A stretch of DNA of 63,979 bases, counting the filler, from Welwitschia mirabilis (Eukaryota), in assembly GCA_051453625.1 (NCBI GenBank). It is 5 parts of one record of this genome, joined end to end, with 100 filler letters (N's around TTAATTAATTAA, not from the genome) between each part and the next. Parts side by side here need not be neighbours in the genome. Positions count along the whole stretch, not along the records: positions 1 to 19,062 come from JBOZIK010000001.1; positions 19,163 to 33,560 come from JBOZIK010000001.1; 3 more parts are not named here. One strand, given 5' to 3'. Shown here in pieces: positions 13,555 through 27,596 of this stretch (its first letter is position 1; each line of letters opens with the position of its first letter). The notes below the pieces were generated by a model. That model did not search any database, was not told the DNA's origin, and saw only the letters and a list, made by a program, of their open reading frames with translations. A program made the position numbers and the translations under genes.

Positions 13555-14139
13555 TTTGAAGTGTTGCAATGATATAAAGGAGCATGTTTGGAGTGTGTCA
13601 TTGTTGTTAAGCAATTTGATTTATATTTATTAATTTAGATTATTATTAAATTGTTTAATTTATAATTATTATTGTTGTTTTTTGTTTAGTTAACTGTGCT
13701 CAACATATCGTGTTAAAGATCCTTGGTTTGGCATTGTTTTAATTTCAACCACAAGAATGTATGAAGGCCAAGATATGATGCCTAAAAGTTGACAAATTAG
13801 GGCTTTATGAAGTGTAGAATGTAGAATTAGAGTATAAGCCCAAAGCTATGAAGGCATCATGCTGGTAAAGAGTTTTATGTTTTGGCTTGCTATAGCCTAT
13901 CTTATGAAGCCTCTATAGCCTATCTTATGAAGCCCTATAAGATGTATGACACCCAACTATGATAGAATTAAACATGAAGGAAATATGATGGTTTTTCAAT
14001 GGCAAAATAAGGGAAAATGATGATTTCCAAATTTGGAAAGCTATAATGACTACAAATTGTAAGGGATGAAGATATCTTCTTCTAGAGTGAAATCTATGAG
14101 TTTAAATAATCTTAACCCCATTAGATAAACCCTACAGTT

Positions 14140-14953
14140 TTATAATATAGATGAAGTTGGGATTTTTATGATAAGGGTTTGTTCTGGTAGTTGGGTTTAT
14201 AAGGGAAAGAAGGATTCTAATGGTTTATGTCGTTTCTTAAAAAAATACAAAATAATGGATACAAAAAACAGAAAGAGAACTATGGGAAATGCAAGGGCAG
14301 ACTAAATGTCAAAATGTTGAAATATTGAAGTTATAGAGCCTTAATGAAAACGTCTGAAGAATGCAGAAATAGAAGAGCATGCAACAAACAAAAAGCTTCC
14401 TTTCATTAATGAAACAACATTACAAGAGGCCCATGCATGCCTGAAATGTTCAGATTGATTGCGAGTGATCGCTCTTAGGGTTTAGGGATGATGGATGAAT
14501 GGTTCGAATGATGATTAAGGGTTTTAGAAGATGTTGTCAACTAGGGTTTGATAGGCGATAGGGATAATAGAGTTAACTTGGATGATAGATTGGATATGAG
14601 ATAACGATCATGGTGGCATTAGGTTCTTAAAATGGGGGTTTATTAGGTATTTATAGAAAAGTTAAGGGTTTTTGGGGTAACATGCCCTATGGCAAAATGT
14701 GATAGGTTGTGAGGTTTAAGGTTCTGGCATTGGGTATGAAGCCTAGAGGGGGTGTGAAGCGCAAGAGTGCGTATCAAGCCTAGACTAAGTGTCAAGCCCA
14801 AGACTAGGTCTAAAGAATAACACAGGATTGAGATGAAAATGAAAGGATTTTAGGTTTTTGATGAAATTTTGGAGGTAACAAGGAAGCATGTGGCTGGCAA
14901 AGCATGACATATGATGCCAGATTTATTTTAGAACATCAAGATTTGGTCTTAAA
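14140..14953 (-). repeat. 5' LTR of the Tat-like element
   Basis: Direct repeat of ~600-1513 with fewer of the internal 20-bp units. Confidence 0.75.
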
Positions 14954-14998
14954 TCTATTTGTTGGTATTTCCACTCTAGTAAAAGATAGATATTGTGA

Positions 14999-15920
<922 letters not shown>

Positions 15921-16637
15921 TTAGAAATACGGAGACGAATAAAAGATTCAGAGACTAGCATAAAAAGGAAGAAATATTCATACTTGCATGGACTGGGGCA
16001 AATGCCAGGCACTTTTTTCATTTTTGAGATTCCAGGTTGCCAGATTGCTCTAGGGCATATCACGAATCGCTTTGGAACAAATCATGATTGCCCTAGATTA
16101 GGAATTAAAAAAATAGGAATAAACTATTTTTACTTTTTTTCCACTTATATTACTGCAATTGTGATGACAAGAAGTTGTAGATACATTATAATTCCAATGC
16201 TATGACTATTTTAGAAGAGAGCATATGAGCAATTGAGCATTTTAGTGCATAAAATATTAAACCTTTATTAAGCGTTAGACACATGAGTTGCAGAAACGAC
16301 AATTCTAAAATTTGATGTGTTCCAAAGAAAACCTTCACTGTTTCAGAAATCGTTCAAAACTGATAAGAAACNNNNNNNNNNNNNNNNNNNNNNNNNNNNN
16401 NNNNNNNNNNNNNNNNNNNNNNNNNNNNNNNNNNNNNNNNNNNNNNNNNNNNNNNNNNNNNNNNNNNNNNNNNNNNNNNNNNNNNNNNNNNNNNNNNNNN
16501 NNNNNNNNNNNNNNNNNNNNNNNNNNNNNNNNNNNNNNNNNNNNNNNNNNNNNNNNNNNNNNNNNNNNNNNNNNNNNNNNNNNNNNNNNNNNNNNNNNNN
16601 NNNNNNNNNNNNNNNNNNNNNNNNNNNNNNNNNNNNN

Positions 16638-16919
16638 TCACCAAAGGCCTCTACAACAAACAATTTCATAACCTTCTCTGCAAATTGGGCATGTGTGATA
16701 TCTATGCACCAACTGGAGGGGGAGTGTTGACTATTCCGAGTGTGTTCAATTGTAGTATGTAATTGCTACTAGCTCCATAAATTGCTATTTTATGTTATTT
16801 CCTTAAATCCCACATTGATTAGGCATTTTGTTGTAAGAGGACTTGTGTCCTGTAAATACGTGGGCATTGTAAATACTTCGATATATCGAATAAAAGGGGT
16901 TTCTCCCAATATTTCTTCA
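16638..16919 (+). mobile_element. 3' end of a Copia (Ale-like) element: RNase H C-terminus, PPT and short ~195-bp LTR (16725 to ~16919)
   Basis: TKGLYNKQFHNLLCKLGMCDIYAPT, then PPT GGAGGGGGAG, then TGTTGA; AATAAA near the LTR end. Confidence 0.85.
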
Positions 16920-17790
16920 AAAACTAAATGAAATTATGTCCTCAGATAGAACTTGATTACAAACAATCTTGGGATTATTCATTAATTAATTAATGTTAAA
17001 CGCATATTTAGGAAAAAGGTAGTATTCATGTCTAAATCGACTTATCGTTTTATGGACTTAATCCTAGGAATATGATATAACCTATGATTGTTTTCTATAT
17101 TTATACAACACTGTGTTTATGGATTATTAAAAAAAGGTAAAAGAACAAGAAGAAGAAGAAGAGATCTCACATCATTATTCCACAAATTGTTCAAGGTGTG
17201 TAATATTCTAAATTCTTTAGATTTCAAGCTTTGATTATCTTTAACAAGGAATATTGAATTCTTATGATCCAATTTCATTGCAATGTTAAAGCAATCATAT
17301 CATAGCCTCATTATCGACATAAGTACAATCTGTTGGTATGGAGGTAGCTGATTATGTTTTCTTTCACTGTTCTTCTACGCTCTGCACTATTAATCCAAGA
17401 TGTCTGAAATGGTTGGTATTCTCTAATGGGCATTGATAACAAGTTAGAAAGTTATGGATTGTAGGATTACAATTCAATTTGATAAATATCATTAAGAAAT
17501 GATATTGTAAATTCATGTTTACCATTTTGATATTGATAATTATATTCTAATTTTGGAAGTTCAAACCAGAGTTTGAAAAGTTGGTAAAATCAAAAAGTCA
17601 GTAACCCAAAGAAAAAAGTCACGTTGCCAATTTGTGAGATCAGTCACCAAAAGCCAGGCAAAAAAGTCAGTAATAGAAAATCATCGATTTTTTTCATTGT
17701 TTAAATAATTGATTACATAGCATGTGTGAACATCATTTTCATGCTTTTACTAAGGAATTAACGGGAAAATTATAATGGGTATATTATGAT

Positions 17791-19062
17791 TGTTAGAAAA
17801 ATGCAGCAGAATAGAAACAAATGCAAATAGCAAGACACTAGATTTATGTGGAAAAACCCAACGTGGGGAAAATCCACGGAAGCAATGCAGAACTCTCTTA
17901 TTAGAATGAAAAACTGAAGGACACAAGTCGTCCTCAGTAGCCAATATTACAACTCTTGACTCCCACACACCATCTGGCATTCCATGCCTCTATTTCCTTT
18001 ATATAGATTTTCTTTGAGGGTAGAAACCCTAACCCTAACTTCTAGACTTTCCAGATCATCCCATTAGACTTCCTTCTCCTTTTAATATTAAATTACAATA
18101 AGAAAGGGACTATATAAAAATATATAAAGTCAAACTACAAAGGAATAAATTACATCAAGAGATTTGGCTTCACTTTCAGTATTACTCATGTATCTACCCT
18201 TCAAGTATCTAAGAATCCATTTTACAATAAGCCAATGATTCCAACCATAATTACTCGTGTATCTACTAACTACTCCAACTGCATAAGCGACATCAGGACG
18301 AGTACATACCATAGCATACATGAGTGAGCCTACTGCTAAGGCATATGGAATGTTTCTCACCTTAGCGACATCTTCTTTCGAGTTGGGACAATCCTTTTTA
18401 GACAACTGGAAATGAGTAGCTAAAGGAGTCCTCATAGGCTTTGGCATCTGTTATGCTGAACCGTTCAAATACTTTGCCATTATAGTCACTTTGGCTCAAC
18501 CATAACTTCTTTTGCTTCCTGTCTCTGTGAATGCTCATTCCCAAAATTTTCTTTGAATGCCCCAAATCTTTCATTGCAAAATGCTTACCCATTTTCACCT
18601 TCAAACATTTTATTTCAGCCTCATCATTTTCTGCAATCGACATGTTGTATATATAAAACAACAATATAACAAATTTACTTGAGACATTTCCAGAGAAATA
18701 AACACAATAATCAAACTGACTTTTCTGGTATGACAATTCCTTAATGAATTATCAAACTTCTTATACAATTGTCTTGGCGTCTGTTTCAAACCATAAAGAC
18801 TTATTTAAACAACAAACAAGATTATGGCATTGGTTATTTATAAACCTTTTTGGCTGGTGCATATAAATCTCCTCCAAATCACCATGTAAGAAGGCAGTTT
18901 TTGTATCTAGTTGTTTCAATTCTAAATCCAAGCAGACAACTAAAGAAAGAACCCTACGAATGGAAGAATGCTTTACCACAGGAGAAAAAATCTCTGTAAA
19001 GTTAATACCTTGCTTTTGAGCACAACCTTTCACCACCAGCCTAGCCTTGTAACGCTTTTCTC
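17791..19062 (-). mobile_element. Copia (Tork/Tnt1-like) RT fragment plus 3' LTR; RNase H and PPT apparently deleted
   Basis: RYKARLVVKG...EIFSPVVKHSSIR...KTAFLHGDLEE, MKDLG, PYALAVGSLMYAMVCTRPDVAYAVGVVSRY, ILRYLKG with frameshifts; LTR end at 17791 (TGTTAG on +) is homologous to 22398 and 47711. Confidence 0.9.
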
Positions 19063-19162
19063 NNNNNNNNNNNNNNNNNNNNNNNNNNNNNNNNNNNNNN
19101 NNNNNNTTAATTAATTAANNNNNNNNNNNNNNNNNNNNNNNNNNNNNNNNNNNNNNNNNNNN
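19063..19162. other. Artificial scaffold linker (44 N + TTAATTAATTAA + 44 N)
   Basis: Exactly 100 bp; stop codons in all six frames; identical structure four times in the window. Confidence 0.95.
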
Positions 19163-19199
19163 TTTTCAGATTTGAGCTATGACTTTGACCTGCGAATAA

Positions 19200-21450
19200 T
19201 TTTGTTGACTTCATCATTGAAACATATTTGTTCTCAACAGTAGGATGGTTTTGTCTAAAGAACTACTCCTCTGAGGGTGAAACAACTTGGGGAGAAGACT
19301 GATTGAAGGAATGTTGTGGTGGAGACTATAGAAAATCGAGTTCTATGAAGGAAAGGGGCTGGAGCAAAATGCCGAAGGAAGGCATAAGGGTCTTGGAATT
19401 CCATGCCGAGCGTGTTGAATTGATTTGGATTTCAAACCCAAGGTGTGGAATTGGTGGATTGAGCCACGTTTAGGATCTGGAATCTAGAAAATGAGTGTGT
19501 GAAGGGAGGAAAAAGGGGAAAGGAAGAAAGGAGAAAAGGGGGAGTAGGGAAAAGAGATAGGAGAGAGATGAGGGAGAAATTAAAGGTAAAGAAAAAGGGG
19601 TCTTCATGCATAAAGTGGATAAAGGAGCCTCTTTAAGGAATTGAGGTTGATGCTTGATTTCAAGGAAGATGAAACTGGAAGTCCAAGCTGAAGATTGAAG
19701 CTATCAAAAGTGATCACCTGATTTTTTTCCTCATGAACTGTTGAGGGTTGGCATTCAACTGAATTAAATTGGATGAGGGAATTGGACATAGGGGAATTAG
19801 GGTGAATTCCATGCCTTGGGCGTGGAATTGGGGAGGCCTATGAGAAATAAGGAGGGAAGGAAGATGGGGCTAGAGAGAAAAGGGAAAAGGAAAGAGTAAG
19901 GGGGTAAGTGAAGGAAAATGGGAGAAAATGGGGTTCAATAGGGATCTTGGGCAAAGGATGCAGCTTGAAGATGTCTTCCTACAGAATGAAAAGGCCCAAG
20001 ACCCTCATAATAGTACTAAGCTAAAGGAGATGGAACCAGAATAGAACCTAATATGTGAGCTGAATTTGACCTTTGAAGCTGAGCAGGACCCAGGAACTAA
20101 ATGAGGAAGTGGGGTTTGGACTGGATTGCATGTCCAAGGCGTGGAATCTAAGGGGCAAGGTTGAGTTACGAGAGAATGGGAGGAGATAAGAAAGGGGGAG
20201 AAAAGGTGTGGAAGGAAGGGAAGAAGGAAGAGGGGGAAAACAAAGGAGAAAAGGAAGTGAGGAAGAAGGGACAAAGCATAGAGGTGGAGTGGGGAGCTAG
20301 TCAGAAGGGAAGACCGATTGGGGCTGGATTGGTGCCCAACAAACATATTCATCAAGCTTAAGTATATTGGCTCCAGAAGAGTTTTAAGGTTGCATCAGAT
20401 CCTTTAGGACACATTATATTCAAGTGAGCCTGCTAATGACATTACAACACAGGGTGAGCACCAACTTGGTGATTAGGGAGGTGAATATTGTTCTAGTGTG
20501 GTGATCCTTTTTGGTACCATCATGAACCAGCCAAGTTTTCTGAGTGTTCCACTAATTTACTCTTCAAGGAGTTAGGATAATATGAGCCCCGATCTAGTTT
20601 GAAGACAACTCCAAGATGTTATCTAGGCCTATATCGCTACATTCCTTCCCTTTCTTCCATTTCATTCCCTCTTCTTTACTTTCAAGTAAGAGATGCAATG
20701 TTTCCCTTTCTCTTCTGCTTCTAGGTCCTCACATTTGGAGACCATCTCTATGCCTTCTATTCCCATTTGTCCTCTAGTCTTGTAATGTTAAACTTTAACT
20801 GGAGGCTTTGATTCCTATGCTAAGATAACAGTCTCAGTTCCTATAAATGGGCCTCTTTGCAACTTGAGTTAGTTGACGACATATCTTCCTCACGAAGAAC
20901 CCTGCAAGAAGATAGAAGATTCTCCTTTCTTTCAAGACTTTCTTTGTAGATTCATCTATGAGTTTTGTTCAAGTTTAAAAATAGTTGCTTCCCTTTCTAT
21001 ATATTTAGATCCTTAAGTTTGCTTTCTCTCAACAGTCTAGGAAGACCTCTGTATACTCTCTCCTTCCTCCTTTGAGGAGAAAGCAATGTTTTTATAGTTT
21101 AAGAGGTTTTTTGATTGTAATAGAGTTTTTTCTTCTCCTTTCTTCTGATAAAAGATATTTGAATTTTTGGTAGTGGATTTTTTATTTTGGTAAATAAAAT
21201 CCTTACTCGTTTTTTTAAAATTAAACTTGTTGTTTCATGTGGTTTTCAAGCTAAGCCTTCCCCATTCTCTGCATTGTTCCTTGGTTACTCTCTGCTTAGA
21301 GGTCTATTTCAAGTATCTAATTTCCAACAACCCTAAAAACAAGCCTACATTGCCTCACCTTACAAAGCGGACATTGTTGGCAATACCACACCTAGTGAAA
21401 AGAATTTACATTAGTAGTAAATTTTTTGGGTAGACTTTCCAGTAGTGTGT
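19200..21450 (+). repeat. Probable non-coding or LTR region of an unclassified retroelement; strongly purine-skewed
   Basis: G/A-rich tracts, recurrent GGCGTGGAAT / ATTCCATGCC motifs and a TATA-like CCTATAAAT at ~20840 followed by a T-rich tract; no coding homology recognised. Confidence 0.35.
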
Positions 21451-22349
21451 CTCAACCATTATAGAACCTGGTCATTTTTTTTAAAAGAATGTTATACTGT
21501 AAGCAATTGAAATAATTTAGAAATTTACATATTTATTATTTATTTAAGAGTTAAATGCATTCATCATAACCGTTAACCAACCTCTCAAATAACTTGCCTT
21601 AATGAGTAATTTGTTTATGTTCCTTATCTTACTTTTGTTATCTGTAAAACATAATTATGTTTCTTACGAACTAGCATATAGGAACATTCCCAATTGTTTT
21701 TTTTTTTTTGTCTTAGAGAAATTTTGCCTTATGTTTGACAATGTTTACAGGATTTTCTTGATTTCCTATTTCATATCAATTTGTTATTTGATTTTTCTGA
21801 TCAAATTGATTTGAAAGATTCCTAATTACACAATGGAATTCTAATTTTTAGTCATTGAAGGTACACACAATATTTTAGAAGCAAATGGATTATTTGGATC
21901 CTTTCAAAGAACATAAGAAGAAATGGTGAGAACTATAGAAAGAATGGGCAAGAGAACTATGGTGGAGGTTCTAAGTAATGATTGAAGCACGGGACTAAAA
22001 CTGCTTTTAGACTAGATCAAAGGCATATAAACGCTTTTTGACAAAGATGATTTGGAAACAATAGATAAAGTCTCATTTGGAGATGAGAATTTGACAGAAA
22101 TGGAAATAATTGGGTGGAGGAAAGAGTAGAAAGAATGGACAACCAGAGGCTATGTCGTACACAAGATTGGAAATTGATTAAAATAAAGATGTGGAAAACC
22201 TCTTAGTTCCCACTTACAAATTGATGCAGTTAAGAGAATGCATAGCTTAGTGCAACAAGACAAATTGATGAAAGAACACTTGGAAACTTTCGAGCAATAT
22301 GCTATACATGTTGGCCACATAAATTGCAGGATTTATTAATGGGTTCATG

Positions 22350-23485
22350 TTCTCAGTTCAACAAGAAATGACAACATGTAGGCCTAAAACACTAGAGTGT
22401 TAAGAATAGCAGCAAAAAAACAATAGAAGCAGGAAGCAAAACAACACACAAGAATTTACATGAGAAACCCTGATGTGGGGAAAAAACCACGGAAGCAGTG
22501 CAGAGCTCTCTCAAAATTTCAAAAAGAATAGTTCAAGGACACAAGCCGTCCTCAATAGCCAGAGTGTTCTAAAATGTCTTACTCCTCCCTCAAAATCCTT
22601 CCTCTTCAATAGGCTCACTTTAGGTTAAAAACCCCAATTGAATATTGACTTTGTAAATAGCCCCTCTCACTTTATAATACAAAAGAGAAATATACATTAC
22701 AAACAAAGTGCTACCATAAAGGAAAAATAGAAGATACAAAAGAGGATTTGACTTTAACTCCACCATAGAGGTGTATCTTGGTGCCTCAAGAGAAGAAGAT
22801 AAATAATGAAGAAATCAAGAAAGCAAATCTAGAAAGACCAACAAGTGGAAGTGATAGTGGCAGCAAGGATGCACTAGAACAAAAGCAAATAGAGGGAGCA
22901 CATGATGGAGAAGAAGTGGAAGAGTGGAGAAGCACCTCCCACATAGGAGTGGTGCGAGAAAAATTGCAAGATTTAGTAATGGATTGATGATGTCAATTCA
23001 ACAAGAAATGACAAGGCGTAGGCCTAAAACACTAGAGGCATATCTCCGTGCCTTAAGAGCAGAAGACAAATAATGAAAAGATCGAGAAAGCAAATCTAGA
23101 AGACTACCATCTGGCAGTGATAGAGGAAATTGATGCATTAGAACATAAGAAAATAGATGAAGCACGTCACGGAGAAGAAGGGGAAAAGGTAGAGGTGGAG
23201 CAAATCCTCACACATAGGGGTCATGGAAGAAGAAAATGCAAGATCTATTAATGTTCTTAACTCAACATGTGAACATGAAATGAAGATGCATAGCCTTAAA
23301 AAACTAGAGGCATATCTCTATGCCTCAAGTAGAAGACAAGTAATGGAGAAATCAAGAAATCCAATTCAAAAGATCAACAGTTGAAAGTGGTGGAGGCAAA
23401 AGAGATGCAATAGAACACAACTAAATAGATGGAGCACCTCATGGAGAAGAAGGTGAAAAGGTGGAGGAGAAGGAATTCCTCCCAC
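22350..23485 (+). repeat. Three diverged ~265-bp tandem units between gag and protease; the first is split by the solo LTR
   Basis: TCAACAAGAAATGACAA...GGCCTAAAACACTAGAG...GCCTCAAG...ATCAAGAAAGCAAATCTAGAA...GATGCAxTAGAACA...GGAGAAGAAG recurs from ~22350, ~22991 and ~23255. Confidence 0.85.
22398..22765 (-). mobile_element. Copia solo LTR (368 bp) inserted in the CRM-like element
   Basis: TG...CA ends; perfect 5-bp TSD TAGAG (22393-22397 and 22766-22770); homologous to the LTR at 17791 (CCACGGAAGCAxTGCAGA, GGACACAAGxCGTCCTCA). Confidence 0.92.
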
Positions 23486-26400
23486 TCATTCTATTTTTGG
23501 AGAAAATGGACACAAATCTTATGATTGTACAAACAAGCAAAAATGCACCTCCAAAAATTTAATCTTCTGAGAAGACAAAGAGAGCGCCCTACCAGAAATA
23601 CAAGAGGAGAGTGCAACAGCGGAACACAATCAACTGTAAGTTAAAAGGGGTGTGGTGCATGGGCAAAAGTAGCCAACATCATCCTAGAGGAGTAAATTAT
23701 TCAACACCCGAGGTGGCTGCATATACAAGGTTTGCAGTTAATCATGGATAGTGGGAACATTGATAATCTTGCCTTCATGAAGATGCGTGAAAAGCTCAAC
23801 CTGCATGTAAAACCACATCCACAACTATTATGGTGCTGCAGGTTCAAGAACAACATCATGTCAGAGTGGAAGAGCAATGTTTTGTAAGCTTTAGTGTGGG
23901 AAGATGCTATGATAAGGTAGTGTGTGATGTGGTGCCAATGGATGCATGACATATTTTGGTTGGAAGACCTTGGCAATTTGATATTTAAACTTTAAAGCAA
24001 GCATGACGGGGTACATAATGCATACTCCATCACCAAACAAGGGAAACCTTTCAAGTTGGAACCATTAGAGGAGAACGAGTAGAATCACATGGCAAGAGTT
24101 TGCTACGTTAACCAAAAAGAATTTCTTTAAGAAGTGAAGATGGATATGGAGCAATAGTGGGAATGAGACTAATATAAGAAGACACTCAAATTGCAGAAAA
24201 GGAAATTCCAGAAATTTAAGAAGCAGACTGAACACTTCGTAGACATTTTAGTGGAAGAATTGCCTTTTGGATTGCCTCCTAAGAAGGCACAGAGTGTCAA
24301 GCAGAATTTATTCTAGAAGCTGTACTTTCCAACAAAGTTGCATATTGAAAAGGACCAAAAGAAGAGGAGGAAACACAAAAGAAAGTTCTAGAACTCTTAG
24401 GAAAGAACTTTTTCATGACAACTTATCACTGTGTGGTGTCAGTAGTGTTAACACAAAGGAAAGATGACAAAGAAATAAGAATGCGTGTGGATTCAAGGGC
24501 TTAAAAAATTACAACTAGATACAAATTTCCAATACCTAGAATGGATGATATCTTGGACAGTTTGGTAGGAACTTGTTAGTAGGATTGATTTAAAAAGTGG
24601 TATTATCAGATTGCATCAAAGAGGAAGATGTATGGAGGATGACATTCAAGACACCTGAGAGACTCTATTAATGGTTGGTTATGTCATTTGGATTGACAAG
24701 TGCCCCTAGTACTTTTACGGATGTGATGATTAAGTTATTAGAGCCTTTCATTGGAAAAATTGTGGAAGTTTATTTGGATGATATTTTGGTGTATAGCAGT
24801 GACAAAAAGCAGCATATGGACTCTTGAGGGTGGTATCGACAAAGTTTACAGAGGAAGAACTTTTTGTGAATCTGAAAAATGCCAGTTCTTGGAAGAAGAA
24901 TTAGTATTACTAAGCATCATCATTTCCAAAGGTGTGAATAGGAACCCAAGCAAGGTAGCAACCATTAAGGAACTGCTTATTCCTTGAAATTCAAAGCAAG
25001 TTAGGAACTTTCATGGATTAGTCGACGTTTACAGAAGATTCCTGTCAATCTTCCTAACAATGTGTTCCTACCTTATCCACTATTTGAAAAGACAAGGTGT
25101 TTCAATCGATAAAAGCTGCTTAAGAAAGTTTCTAGTTCTTAAAGGAAAAGATACCTTCACAACCCATTCTTACATTACCAAGATTTCAGAAGATGTTTCT
25201 GGTGGAGTGTGATGGTGATAGGATAACCACTAGAGGAGTGCTGAATGAAGAGGGTATGCCAATTGCATGTGTCGATGAAAAGTTAAATGAAGCCAACAAG
25301 CAGTATTCCACATATAAGAAGGAGCTTCATTGCCTCTTGTGATCGTTGAAACATTGGAGACATTACCTCTTGAACAAGGAATTTGTCTTGTTCATTGGCC
25401 ATAAAACTTTCTAGTAACCTTATCAACAACATAAATTGACTTACTAAGCAAGAAAAATGGGTAGAGAAAATACAAAAATTTAATCTTGTTATGAAATATA
25501 AGAAGATGATAACAAACTAGGGTGTAGATGCACTTAGCAAAGCTTCATGTTTGCTTAGTTGGAGTTCATCTTTTAAGAATATTTCTCCCACTTAAAAGAC
25601 TATTATGCAGAATATGAAGATTCAAAACTATTTTGGATGCCCTTCAAAATCCCCTGACATGAACATATGGTTGTTTTTCTTCTTGCCATATCTATGAAGG
25701 ACATCTATTTAGAAATGAAAAATTGTGCATACCTAAAGGGTCAATGCTGATGCAGGTAGTAAAAAGAAAAAGTATTGTACCTTGCCAGCTATGTATGGAG
25801 ATATGCAGAGTGTCGTAAGGGGTTGTGTTGTGTGGCAAAAAGCAAGAGGAGGCAATACTCCAGAAGGATTCCACCCAAGCCTCAGGATATTATCAGCCTG
25901 AAGTTTACACTTGTGTTCACCAAAACTGAAAAAGTGAATGGCACCATTCTACACATGGTTGATAGACTCTTCAGGATGTCATAGTTTGCACCTTGCAGTA
26001 TTCACATAGCAAATTTGTTTTGCAAAGTAGTAAGACTGAATGGATCCCACGTAGCATTGTCTTGGATCAAGGTGTTAGGTTTCTTTCTCTTATTTGTAGA
26101 ATACCTGGAAGCTTGGGGGAACCAAAGCAACTTTTGTTTAGCCTTTCATCCATAAACAAATGGACAAACAGAAATGGTAAACAGGAGTGTGGGAAATCTC
26201 TTGAGATGCTTATGCAAAGGAGATCCCAAGCAAGAGGGAAAAACATGTAAGCCCAATTTGCTTTTAACACCTTGATTTATAGAAGTACAATTGAGATTGT
26301 GTATCAATGGCATCCAACTATTCTAGGTCTGGAAGGAATAGTATGTGATCCTTCATTCGCAGCCAATGAATTTGCTTAGTGCATTGCAGATTTAAATAAA

Positions 26401-27539
26401 TAGGTGACCAAGAAATTCCAAGAAAGCAACATCGTGGCTATGGAATATGCCAACAGGAAGAGGCAACAACTTCTTTTTTCCAAGTTGGCGCTCTTGTCAT
26501 GCAAATATTAGCGAAAAGATGCACAGAAGAATTCAGCAGGAACTATAGTATAAAAAGGTTGGAGCATTCCATGCTAAACGCAAACTCTTTGAAAATGCAT
26601 ATGTACTTGACTTGCCTAGCCACTTGAAAGTGTCATCCACTTTTAATGTTAAAGATCTGTCAAAATTTTATGGAGATAGTAGTAAACATGAAGAAAATGT
26701 TCCACCAGAAAATGCATCTCAACCCTGGGAAACTTTGAATACTAGAGAAAAGGCAGAAGGCACCCATGCTATAAAGCATATTTGATTAGGCGTGTGGAAA
26801 CAGAAGTTTTGGAAGCTAGATGGGTCAAAGATGGGGAAATTGATGCGTGTCAAATCGATTTTTCCAGAGTGCTAGAATGTTTTCAACCTAGGGGGAATGA
26901 TGCAGGAGCAAAGGCGATGAGTCCTGATTTCTTTGATAGGTTTCTTGAAAAAACAAGATTTGTTACGAGCCCACATAGAGGCAAAAAGCCATATATACCC
27001 ACAGCATCATTTACAGGCAAAGACCCATATTTAACCTGCTTACAGCCAAAGACCTATTTACTGACAAAGGACCATATATAACGAAAGATCCACAAACAGC
27101 CAAAAAGCAGTCGATAAAATTATTTTTACTTCTTGGGAATGACCCCATTTTTAAACTTTATTTTCTGCTCCTAGAGATTGACCTCAGTCAATCCTTTTCT
27201 GTATAAAAACTCATGCAAGGCCATGGACAATCAATTTTGTGCATGGAAGAGGTATGTGTATTATCTATCTTTTGCTGTTTTCCTGTGGCACTTTGCAATG
27301 AAGATGTGTTGGGTTAAATGTAAATGTATGTTCTGAAAAACTTAAGAAAAGAATTCTGCGAAGAAGGTGTTACATCCAACATACTTGAGTTTGTGCTACC
27401 AACCTTAATTTTTTCATCCCCTATAGCCATACCTTCATTGAGATATTGAGAGTTGTGGTTTTCTGTTCAATGATTGCATGCTCTTCTAGACATTTTTAAT
27501 CTAAAAGCTGTGCTTTTTGTTTCCTCCCTTACTTTGTAG

Positions 27540-27596
27540 GAGGCAGCCTTGCTAGATAAAGTCGATCAAGCTTGTGGATTGTTTCAACCAACAGAG
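27540..27596 (+). CDS. MINPP1: MINPP1-like multiple inositol polyphosphate phosphatase, internal exon A (EAALLDKVDQACGLFQPTE)
   Basis: Acceptor TTTGTAG, donor GTAATT, 57 nt, phase 0/0; resembles plant MINPP EASLLxxxxQACxLFxPSE; in frame with the next exon. Confidence 0.88.

Larger units (their letters stand above)
600..14953 (-). mobile_element. Old, degenerate Ty3/Gypsy (Tat-like) LTR retrotransposon with both LTRs and nested insertions; boundaries approximate
   Basis: Diverged direct repeats at ~600-1513 and ~14140-14953; purine tract AAAGAAAGGCATATAC on the minus strand next to the left LTR; minus-strand protease and RT/RNase H remnants inside. Confidence 0.7.
21800..27240 (+). mobile_element. 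Degenerate Ty3/Gypsy chromovirus (CRM-like): gag-PR-RT-RH-INT remnants, PPT and start of the 3' LTR at 26898
   Basis: LIMDSGNIDN and CDVVPMDA*HILVGRPWQFD (protease); [32 protein letters not shown] (RT); HWRHYLLNKEF (RNase H); PRSIVLDQG (integrase); CAACCTAGGGGGAA followed by TGATGCAGG. Confidence 0.9.

Noticed and set aside
16806..16820. TCCCACATTG resembling a plant snRNA upstream sequence element
   Set aside because: It lies within a Copia LTR, and no snRNA sequence follows.
19107..19118. TTAATTAATTAA repeated four times, resembling a conserved motif or CRISPR-like repeat
   Set aside because: It is always centred in exactly 100-bp N gaps, so it is an assembly linker.
20005..20361. Overlapping L/P/F-rich and G/K/E-rich ORFs
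   Set aside because: By-products of purine/pyrimidine strand skew.
27175..27251. AG/GT-bounded segment as the missing upstream MINPP1 exon
   Set aside because: The frame compatible with exon A contains a stop and lacks the expected SLWFLCKQ-like sequence; it lies in LTR sequence. Kept only as a possible cryptic exon.
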